DNA of 26,307 bases from a virus (Duplodnaviria > Caudoviricetes). Below are positions 1-6,850 of this stretch, in pieces. The first letter of the stretch is position 1, and the number at the start of each line of letters is the position of its first letter. Both the position numbers and the translations under genes were made by a program. The notes beneath the pieces were generated by a model that was not told the origin of the DNA, made no database searches, and saw nothing but the letters and a program-made list of their open reading frames with translations. The DNA is taken from positions 1 to 26,307 of the IMG/VR virus record IMGVR_UViG_3300038313_000071; one strand, 5' to 3'.

Positions 1-1
1 C

Positions 2-541
2 GGGGATGCTGGTGACGGTGTGACTGCTCAGCAGGTAACGTTATCTGTTGCCGACCGCTGTCAGTGGCTGGATATGCTACGACATGATATTTACCATTTC
101 GGCATGGGCATTGATACCTCGGACGAACAGTTGGGCAACAATCCTTCTGGCGTTGCGCTGAAATTCAAATACACCCAACTGGACCTCAAGGCAAATCCGC
201 TGATTCTGAAACTGAAAAAGGCGCTGAAAGACCTGTTCTGGTTTTTGACGGATGACATGAACCGCCGGGACGGTACGGACTATGACAGTTCCAAAATCGT
301 TGTGACGGTCAATAAGACAGCTATTTGCAATGATGCGGAAACCGCCCAGATGATTATGCAGTCCCGTGGACTTGTGCCTGACAATATCCTGCTGCAAAAG
401 CATCCTCTGGTTGACGATGCTGCGCAGGCCGAAAAAGATATGGAAGCGCAGCAGGCAAAGCAGGATGAACGCCGCAGCCAAATGTTTGGAAACAATGACG
501 TGCCGCCCGGCCAGAATCAGTCTCCCGGTGGTGATGCCTGA
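2..541 (+). CDS. Phage portal protein (SPP1 gp6-like), 3' part; 5' end lies outside the window
   Basis: Frame open from the window edge. GNNPSGVALKFKY...LDLKA motif is typical of SPP1-type portals. Lies directly upstream of the MuF gene with TGATG coupling. Confidence 0.9.
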   Translation, partial: GDAGDGVTAQQVTLSVADRCQWLDMLRHDIYHFGMGIDTSDEQLGNNPSGVALKFKYTQLDLKANPLILKLKKALKDLFWFLTDDMNRRDGTDYDSSKIVVTVNKTAICNDAETAQMIMQSRGLVPDNILLQKHPLVDDAAQAEKDMEAQQAKQDERRSQMFGNNDVPPGQNQSPGGDA

Positions 542-2106
542 TGCGTACCGATGAATATTGGGTGTTCCGTTCCCTGCAGCGCGAAGCGGAAGCCCACGAT
601 GGCACTGCCGACACCTTGAAGCGCCTTGCTGCTATGTATGGCGATGCTGATAAAGAGCTCGTCAAAATGATTGACCGGATTTTTCAGAACTTCCGGAAGT
701 ATACGGGCATAAGTGAGCAGGAAGCCCGTGAACTGATGTCCGCACAGGAAACCGCCGAACTGCTTGCCGAACTTCGCAAACGGTATGAAGAAACCGGCGA
801 TGCAAAAGCGCTGGCAAAGCTGAATGCTCCGGCTTACGGGTACCGTATCAGCCGCCTGCAGGCCGTGCGCAGGGCGATTGAAGCGGAACTCGACAAGCTG
901 GCCGCGCAGGAAGAAAAGGCCGGCACAGGGCAGCTTGTGAAAGCCTACGACGATTCCTATTACAAGACAATGTATGATGCACTGCCCGAACTTCCGGGTA
1001 CACCGGTTGTACCGCTTTCCCAGGAGGTTGTGCAACAAGCTATACAAAATCCGTGGAAGGGTGAAAACTATTCCTCCCGCGTTTGGAAGAACCGCGATGT
1101 GCTGGTGTCGGAAGGTGGAAAGATTATTGACGCCGGTGTCACGGCGGGGAAGTCAATTCAGCAGATGACGGCGGAATTATCCGACTTAATGGACGTCGGC
1201 TCTTACGCTGCCGCCCGGCTCATCCGGACAGAAGTCAACCGGATGCACAATGATGCGGCGCTTGAGTCCTACAAGGCAATGGGGCTGAAAGAGTATAAAT
1301 ACCTTGCCACACTGGACTGCCGCACCTGCGCTGTATGTGGGGCATTGGACGGCAAGGTGTTTCCAATAGCCGAAGCACATACCGGCGTAAATTTTCCCCC
1401 AATCCATCCAAACGACAGGTGCACGATTGCGCCGAAGATCCCGGGCGTGAAAGTTGACGGCAGCCGTACAGCACGCAATCCGGAAACCGGCCGCAATTAC
1501 AAAGTGCCGGCGGATATGAACTATGAAAAATGGCGCAAAAGTATCAGTAAGAAGTATGGCGCTGACAGCCTTGAAACAGCACAGAAGAAATACCAGAACC
1601 GGAAGGCCGACGCGGAGCAGATGAAAACCTTCCGGAAAGTCATTGGAAAAGATGTACCTGATAATCTTGCTGATTTTCAGAATATGAAGTATAATGAACC
1701 TGAACAGTGGAATGACATTAAGTATTATGTCCGCAACATCAATGACCGCCCGGTTGAATATGTAAAGATCGACCGGGAACTTGAAAAACTCGGGATTGTC
1801 AATAAAGGCAAGGCTTATCCGGCTGAACCGGTTGAAATCAAAGGATGGCGCGGCCATGCCGAAAAAAGATTAATTCAACGCGGACTTACCAAAGAACAAG
1901 CTGTGGCTTTTATGAATCAGGCCAAGGTTATGATGAAGCGCTATCCGGAACCCAATACGGTTCATAATTTTTATTGTAAAAATGGTGTTATTGGTGTAAA
2001 AGCTATTGATGGTATAGTCCAGACAGCTTATGGCTCAAAAGAATTTAAAACCGATACGCTTAAATTGTTGGAGGTGATTGATAAATATGTTCCAAACCGT
2101 AAATAA
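541..2106 (+). CDS. Minor head protein (MuF / SPP1 gp7 family) with a C-terminal extension resembling a BECR-type RNase toxin
   Basis: MuF motifs RLIRTE, ATLDCRTCAVCGALDG and PPIHPNDRC. Conserved linker FQNMKYNEPEQW, then about 120 extra residues containing HAEKRLIQRGLT. Confidence 0.9.
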   Translation: MRTDEYWVFRSLQREAEAHDGTADTLKRLAAMYGDADKELVKMIDRIFQNFRKYTGISEQEARELMSAQETAELLAELRKRYEETGDAKALAKLNAPAYGYRISRLQAVRRAIEAELDKLAAQEEKAGTGQLVKAYDDSYYKTMYDALPELPGTPVVPLSQEVVQQAIQNPWKGENYSSRVWKNRDVLVSEGGKIIDAGVTAGKSIQQMTAELSDLMDVGSYAAARLIRTEVNRMHNDAALESYKAMGLKEYKYLATLDCRTCAVCGALDGKVFPIAEAHTGVNFPPIHPNDRCTIAPKIPGVKVDGSRTARNPETGRNYKVPADMNYEKWRKSISKKYGADSLETAQKKYQNRKADAEQMKTFRKVIGKDVPDNLADFQNMKYNEPEQWNDIKYYVRNINDRPVEYVKIDRELEKLGIVNKGKAYPAEPVEIKGWRGHAEKRLIQRGLTKEQAVAFMNQAKVMMKRYPEPNTVHNFYCKNGVIGVKAIDGIVQTAYGSKEFKTDTLKLLEVIDKYVPNRK

Positions 2107-2272
2107 TGTGCAATGCCCTATGCTTGGCAAGAAAATCGAACTTGGCTATTGTATGGATATTCAGGACGTTGTGGATAACATGATTAAGCCGGAAATTTTG
2201 GAAGACAACATTCCCCCTGAAAAATATCCGATCTGCAAAAGGTGCCCAAAGAGAATCGACCCAACCAAATAA
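2087..2272 (+). CDS. Small Cys-rich protein (61 aa), candidate immunity protein for the MuF C-terminal domain
   Basis: GGAGGTG RBS at 2070-2076 and ATG at 2087. Overlaps the MuF stop. CP..C..CxxC pattern. Followed immediately by a terminator-like hairpin. Confidence 0.7.
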   Translation: MFQTVNNVQCPMLGKKIELGYCMDIQDVVDNMIKPEILEDNIPPEKYPICKRCPKRIDPTK

Positions 2273-2304
2273 ACCGCCTGCTAAAATAGCACGGCGGTAC
2301 TTTT
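2273..2304 (+). terminator. Intrinsic terminator-like hairpin after the MuF/small ORF pair
   Basis: ACCGCC-TGCTA AAA TAGCA-C-GGCGGT stem, followed by ACTTTT. Confidence 0.6.
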
Positions 2305-2313
2305 ATACCCTTT

Positions 2314-2432
2314 TGCCCTGAGCACGGCATTAAAAGGCTCATTTGTTATGCTCAAATTTGCCCCACGCTGCCGGGCTTAAAATGCAGCGCGCCGCCCGGC
2401 GGAGTCAACCGCCTTTAAAAAATCTGCGGCGG
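2314..2432 (+). promoter_or_regulatory. Structured leader of the scaffold gene: two tandem H-type pseudoknots plus a nested hairpin next to the RBS (GP20-type cis-regulatory RNA candidate)
   Basis: PK1: TGCC/GGCA with TGAGC/GCTCA. PK2: GCCC/GGGC with CGCTGC/GCAGCG. Both have a TTAAAA loop. Then CGCCGC/GCGGCG encloses GGCGG/CCGCC. Confidence 0.6.
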
Positions 2433-2443
2433 AAAGGATTCAC

Positions 2444-3028
2444 ATGGACCTAAAAGAAGCACTGGGCGACGAACTCTATACAAAAGTCGCCGAAAAACTC
2501 AAAGGCAATGAGAAAGTGAAGCTTGCCAATCTGGCTGATGGCGGCTATGTTGGCAAAGAAAAATTCGATGCCAGCGAAACAACCGTTAAAGACCTGAAGC
2601 AGCAGCTTACTGACCGTGACAAGGACATTGCCGCGCTGAAGAAATCGACAGGTGACAATGAGACACTGGCAAAACAGCTTTCCGACCTGCAGGAAAAGTA
2701 TAAAACCGATACGGAAACTCTGCAGAACAAGATGAATCAGAATGCTTTGAATGCTGCCCTTGACCTCGGTATCACGAAAGCCAAAGGCAAAAATACAAAG
2801 GCAATCAAGGCGCTGCTGGACACATCCAAAATGACCGTAAAAGATGATGGCACGATTGACGGCTTTGATGCCGCACTGGATGGCCTTAAAAAGTCGGACA
2901 GCTATCTGTTTGAAAACGTTGAAACCAAGCCAGAAGGAAACGGATTTCAGACCGGCGCACCAAGCCCCGATGCACCGGAAACAAAAGCAGTCGCGGACGC
3001 ATTTGCCGCGGCAAGGGGAACATTTTAA
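2444..3028 (+). CDS. Capsid scaffolding protein (Phage_GP20 family)
   Basis: YVGKEKF...LTDRDKDI..LKK coiled coil, KNTKAIKALLD and LKKSDSYLF motifs. Directly upstream of the capsid gene. AAAGGA RBS. Confidence 0.9.
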   Translation: MDLKEALGDELYTKVAEKLKGNEKVKLANLADGGYVGKEKFDASETTVKDLKQQLTDRDKDIAALKKSTGDNETLAKQLSDLQEKYKTDTETLQNKMNQNALNAALDLGITKAKGKNTKAIKALLDTSKMTVKDDGTIDGFDAALDGLKKSDSYLFENVETKPEGNGFQTGAPSPDAPETKAVADAFAAARGTF

Positions 3029-3041
3029 GGAGTGATATTTT

Positions 3042-3965
3042 ATGCCTATTAACACATTAGCAATGGCAACCCTGTTTCAGCAGCAGTTGGATAAACAAAT
3101 GCTGGAAGGGGCCACATCCGGATGGATGGAGGCAAACGCCGGACAGGTCAAGTATTCCGGCGGAAGCGAAGTCAAGATTCCTAAAATGACCATGGACGGC
3201 CTTGCAAACTATGACCGTGACAAGGGCTATACGCAGGGCGGCGTTACCCTTGCCTATGAAACAAAGACTATGACACAGGACAGAAACCGTAAGTTCCAAC
3301 TTGACCGAATCGATGTAGACGAATCCAATTTTATTGCGACTGCCGCAAATGTAACCACCGAATTCCAGCGGCTGAATGTGATTCCGGAAGTTGATGCTTA
3401 CCGTTACAGCAAACTGGCAGCACTGGCCGCAGGTGCGTCCCACAAGATGGAATACACCCCTGCAGCCACGGATATCCTTGCAAAGCTGCTCGCAGATATT
3501 TCTACTGTACAGGATGCAGTGGGTGAGTCTGAACCGCTTGTCATTATGATGAGTATTCCAACTGCAACCGTGCTTGCGCAGTCAGACAAAATCGAAAAAA
3601 TTCTGGATACCACGCAGTTTACGCAAGGCAGCTTGCAGACCAAGGTACGGTCTATTGACGGCACACCAATTCTGCGCATTCCGTCGGCACGCATGAAGAC
3701 TGCGTATGTCTTTAACGACGGGACGACTGCTGGACAGGCTGCAGGGGGCTTTGCTCCGGCAGCGGGTGCGGTGGACGTGAACTGGATTATTTCACCGCGC
3801 CGCGCGCCAATCGCAATTTCCAAAACGGATACCATGAAAATTTTTGACCCAAACACCAACCAGAACGCGGATGCTTGGCTGATTGAGTACCGTAAATTCC
3901 ATGACTTGTGGGTCGCAGATAATCAGCTGGCTGCCGTGTGGGTCAATCAGAAGCCTGCGTCATAA
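3042..3965 (+). CDS. Major capsid protein
   Basis: 307 aa, follows the scaffold gene. VKIPKM..DGLANYDR..G, QDR.RKFQLD..DVDE and VIPEVDAYR motifs of Firmicutes siphophage capsid proteins. AAGGAG RBS. Confidence 0.9.
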   Translation: MPINTLAMATLFQQQLDKQMLEGATSGWMEANAGQVKYSGGSEVKIPKMTMDGLANYDRDKGYTQGGVTLAYETKTMTQDRNRKFQLDRIDVDESNFIATAANVTTEFQRLNVIPEVDAYRYSKLAALAAGASHKMEYTPAATDILAKLLADISTVQDAVGESEPLVIMMSIPTATVLAQSDKIEKILDTTQFTQGSLQTKVRSIDGTPILRIPSARMKTAYVFNDGTTAGQAAGGFAPAAGAVDVNWIISPRRAPIAISKTDTMKIFDPNTNQNADAWLIEYRKFHDLWVADNQLAAVWVNQKPAS

Positions 3966-3979
3966 GGGAGGGATGAATC

Positions 3980-4111
3980 ATGATTGAGCTGAAAAAGCTG
4001 AATGTTCACCGCATTGTAGCAACGCAGGAAGAGGCCGGCAAACTGATTGCCAACGGTTTTAAGGTTGTACCGGAACAGCCGCCGGAAAAACCTGCGAAAG
4101 CGAAGGGATAA
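3980..4111 (+). CDS. Small head-associated hypothetical protein (43 aa), absent from the ORF track
   Basis: GGAGGG RBS and ATG at 3980: MIELKKLNVHRIVATQEEAGKLIANGFKVVPEQPPEKPAKAKG*. Fills the gap between the capsid and connector genes. Confidence 0.75.
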   Translation: MIELKKLNVHRIVATQEEAGKLIANGFKVVPEQPPEKPAKAKG

Positions 4112-4112
4112 C

Positions 4113-4451
4113 ATGACACTGCTGGAACAGGTGAAGCTGCTGTTAGGGATTAGGGATACTGAAAAAGACGCTCTGTTGAGCGTGCTGTGCGATACCGTGA
4201 CGGAACAGGTAAAAACCTACTGCCGACTTTCCGATGTGTCAAGTGCAGGCCTGCAGGGCCTTATGGCCGATATGGTGGTGAGCCGGTATCGGGCGCGCGG
4301 GTATGGACAGGAAGCAGAGCCGAAAGTGGTGTCTTCTATTTCTGAGGGTGACACGTCCCTATCCTACAAGACCACGCAAAGTGCAGTGAATGGTGAACTG
4401 ACGGAGGACGATCGGCAGGCACTTTCACCATACAGAAAGCTGTGGCCGTGA
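4113..4451 (+). CDS. Head-tail connector (SPP1 gp15 / HK97 gp6-like)
   Basis: MTLLEQVKLLLGI..D.LL, YC, VSSISEGDTSLSY and LSPYRKL motifs. Likely start is ATG 4113 rather than TTG 4047. Confidence 0.85.
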   Translation: MTLLEQVKLLLGIRDTEKDALLSVLCDTVTEQVKTYCRLSDVSSAGLQGLMADMVVSRYRARGYGQEAEPKVVSSISEGDTSLSYKTTQSAVNGELTEDDRQALSPYRKLWP

Positions 4452-4819
4452 TGAACTTATCCGTTTATGCCACAGAGCTTACCATTATGCATGATAAAAC
4501 CGCATGGCTATTCAAAAAAGAAAAAATCCCCAGTGATTACATTGGCGACACTTACCAGTGGACACCTGCCGGGGCAGTTCAGTGCAGCGTGCAGCCTGTC
4601 AGCGACAAGGCAACCGAAGAACTGTACGGCCTGCGCGTGGAGCATATGGTACAGCTGCACGCTGCGCCGGATGCTCCGATTGCCGACGGAATGGGCGCTG
4701 CTTTTACTGCAGGCACAGAGAAGCCGGAGTATAAGGTCATATCTGTAAAACACCGACAGACACACACTTACGCATTGTTGGAGGTGATTGACGGTGGAAG
4801 TCAAAGTGGAGGGGCTTGA
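4451..4819 (+). CDS. Head closure/stopper protein (gp16-like)
   Basis: Synteny, TGATG coupling, C.VQP...E.YG motif. GTG 4442 is an alternative start. Confidence 0.7.
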   Translation: MNLSVYATELTIMHDKTAWLFKKEKIPSDYIGDTYQWTPAGAVQCSVQPVSDKATEELYGLRVEHMVQLHAAPDAPIADGMGAAFTAGTEKPEYKVISVKHRQTHTYALLEVIDGGSQSGGA

Positions 4820-5234
4820 CCGGTTGCTAAAAAAGTTGGATAAGCTGGGCGGCAGTATTGAGCAAAGCACGCAAAAGGCCTTGCTGAAAGGCGGCGCGAT
4901 GTTTGAATCAGATGCAAAAGAACGGTGCCCGGTAGACACTGGGGAACTGCGCGAGAGCATCCACACCGAAGCCAAAGATGCGCAGACCGTGACCGTTGGC
5001 ACCAGCTGTGAACATGGCGTCTATGTGGAATATGGCACTGGTCCGAAAGGAGACCCCTCCGTTCCACACACAACGAAAAAGTCATGGCGGTACAAGGGCA
5101 AAGACGGCAGCTGGCATACGTCCCATGGGCAGCCACCACAGCCATTCATGCGCACGGCATTCAGCGAAAACAAAGACAAAGTTGTGGATGCCGTGAAAGA
5201 GTTCATCAAAGAGGATGTGAAAAATCTGGAATGA
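4794..5234 (+). CDS. HK97 gp10-family neck/tail completion protein
   Basis: V.GLD.L.KKL, CPVDTGELRESI, YVEYGTG and QPFMR.AF motifs. GTG 4794 is correctly spaced from GGAGGTG; TTG 4788 is the alternative. Confidence 0.9.
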   Translation: MEVKVEGLDRLLKKLDKLGGSIEQSTQKALLKGGAMFESDAKERCPVDTGELRESIHTEAKDAQTVTVGTSCEHGVYVEYGTGPKGDPSVPHTTKKSWRYKGKDGSWHTSHGQPPQPFMRTAFSENKDKVVDAVKEFIKEDVKNLE

Positions 5235-5611
5235 TTGACATGAATGTGGAAGTCGCCACCCTGCTGAAGCCCACGTGTAATGTGCAGCTGGCCTTTCCAG
5301 AGGTAAATTCGGAGTTCCCTTATGTTTCACTCTCTGAGATTGGCAATACCGCTGCCGCCATCCTCAACAGTAAAGAGCGCTACTCACGCTATGAGTGCCA
5401 GCTTGACGTGTGGGACACGGCAGAGAATGGCAATACGCCGGAGCGCTGCGTAAAGCTGGCAGAGACAGTCAGTGATACGATGATTTCGGCTGGCTTTACC
5501 CGCGTGGCCGGAAAATTGATGAAGGACCCCAGCGGGTTGCATCGGTACATGACGGGTTTTACCGGCTGGGTAGACAACAAAACAAAAACAATTTACCGAG
5601 GAGGTTTTTAA
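5231..5611 (+). CDS. Tail terminator / tail completion protein (gp17-like)
   Basis: ATGA overlap with the previous stop. FPYV...E..N, QLDVW and M...GF.R motifs. Precedes the tail tube gene. Confidence 0.75.
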   Translation: MIDMNVEVATLLKPTCNVQLAFPEVNSEFPYVSLSEIGNTAAAILNSKERYSRYECQLDVWDTAENGNTPERCVKLAETVSDTMISAGFTRVAGKLMKDPSGLHRYMTGFTGWVDNKTKTIYRGGF

Positions 5612-5613
5612 TT

Positions 5614-6081
5614 ATGGCAGAAAATGTAGTATTGGGTACATACCTCTCAATGGCAGATACAGAGAACGGCACCTACAAAAAACTGTACGGCATGAGCAAG
5701 GTGCCGGACATGAGTTCCGAAGCGGACAAAGTCGACGTTACAAATCTGATGGATAAGAACAAACGCAACATTCCGGGCATTATGGACTTGGGTGAACCGG
5801 AGTTTGAATTCTTTAACGACGACACTTCCACAGAGCCCATCAGCGGCGATATGCTGATGAACTCCTACAAGGCTCTGCGTGCTGCTGAACTGGCACGGCA
5901 GGCCAAGTGGTTCAAATTGATTTACCCTGACCATACCGGTTTCCAGTTCAGCGCTTATGTGTCCACAACTCGTACAGGCGGTGGCACCGGTGATGCCCTG
6001 CAGTTCAAGGCAAAGATGATGATTAATAGCAATATTAAAGACATTGTTGAATCAGCTGAACCAGCTGGAACGGGCTCTTAA
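5614..6081 (+). CDS. Major tail (tube) protein
   Basis: VPDM....DKVDVT.L.D......PGI.D.G..EFEF and YPD.TGF.F.A motifs. GAGGAGG RBS. Confidence 0.85.
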   Translation: MAENVVLGTYLSMADTENGTYKKLYGMSKVPDMSSEADKVDVTNLMDKNKRNIPGIMDLGEPEFEFFNDDTSTEPISGDMLMNSYKALRAAELARQAKWFKLIYPDHTGFQFSAYVSTTRTGGGTGDALQFKAKMMINSNIKDIVESAEPAGTGS

Positions 6082-6137
6082 ATCCGTTTCACGTTCATTA
6101 AACCATAACTTTTTAACTTAAAAGGAGCTTATTTATC

Positions 6138-6506
6138 ATGACAAAACCTTATATTATCTGGAACGTAAATGGGAAAGACTACCGCCTGCGCATGACAACT
6201 TTCAATGCAATGCAGGTTGAAAAACAGCTCGGTATGGGTGCGACAGAGGCCCTTAACCATTTGATGGATTCCCGCGTCATTGTCGGTATGCTGTGGGGCG
6301 GTCTGCAGAAGTACCATCACGGAATGAATTTGCGCGAAGTCTGTGATTTATATGATGATTACCTTGCTGGAGGCGGAAACGCTGAAAAGATTATCGATAT
6401 TCTTATGCAATTACTGGCACAGATTGGTATTGGCGATACTGAAAGCAGCACGGAGGATGATGCAAAAAACGTGGAAAGCCCTGCGGCAGGCGATACAACA
6501 ATTTAG
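6138..6506 (+). CDS. Tail assembly chaperone (gpG-like)
   Basis: Lies between the tube and tape measure genes. W.V.GKDY.L...T...VEK.LG and LQKYHHG motifs. Slippery site near its end. Confidence 0.85.
   Translation: MTKPYIIWNVNGKDYRLRMTTFNAMQVEKQLGMGATEALNHLMDSRVIVGMLWGGLQKYHHGMNLREVCDLYDDYLAGGGNAEKIIDILMQLLAQIGIGDTESSTEDDAKNVESPAAGDTTI
6464..6470 (+). promoter_or_regulatory. -1 programmed ribosomal frameshift slippery heptamer A AAA AAC
   Basis: GCA AAA AAC is in the chaperone's frame. The -1 frame is open (RGKPCGRRYNNLADYISDLQQNALFVGIPIEQFWRMT...) into the ORF ending at 6850. Confidence 0.85.
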
Positions 6507-6850
6507 CGGATTACATATCCGACCTGCAGCAGAACGCGCTTTTTGTCGGCATCCCAATTGAACAGTTCTGGCGTATGACGTGTGTAGAGGTATCGGAAGA
6601 AATCAATGCTTATAACCGCCGCAAAAAGCTGGACTATCAGGAGCAGGCACAGTTTAGGGCGCAGATGGATTACCGGCTGGCAAGCATGATTTCAGTCGGC
6701 TACAATGACCCGAAAAAGTTTCCAAAAACGCTCAATGACGTTTATCCGGATTTATTCCCAGATGAGGGATGGAAACAGAGCAAGTCAAACTTTGCACGCT
6801 ATGCCGAAGAATTTAATCACCGGAGGGAGGCGAAAGGACGTGACGGTTGA
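6470..6850 (+). CDS. Frameshifted C-terminal extension of the tail chaperone (gpT part of gpGT)
   Basis: Contains the typical GI....FW.MT..E motif upstream of ATG 6575, and ATG 6575 has no clear RBS. Confidence 0.8.
   Translation, partial: RGKPCGRRYNNLADYISDLQQNALFVGIPIEQFWRMTCVEVSEEINAYNRRKKLDYQEQAQFRAQMDYRLASMISVGYNDPKKFPKTLNDVYPDLFPDEGWKQSKSNFARYAEEFNHRREAKGRDG

Noticed and set aside
3940-3985. Frameshift or readthrough extension of the major capsid protein
   Set aside because: No slippery sequence at the capsid gene end, and the downstream ORF has its own RBS and ATG.
6705-6839. Upstream ATG start for the tape measure protein
   Set aside because: It would overlap the gpT frame by ~145 nt. 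GTG 6840 has an RBS and the typical TVEKLQIVI N-terminus.
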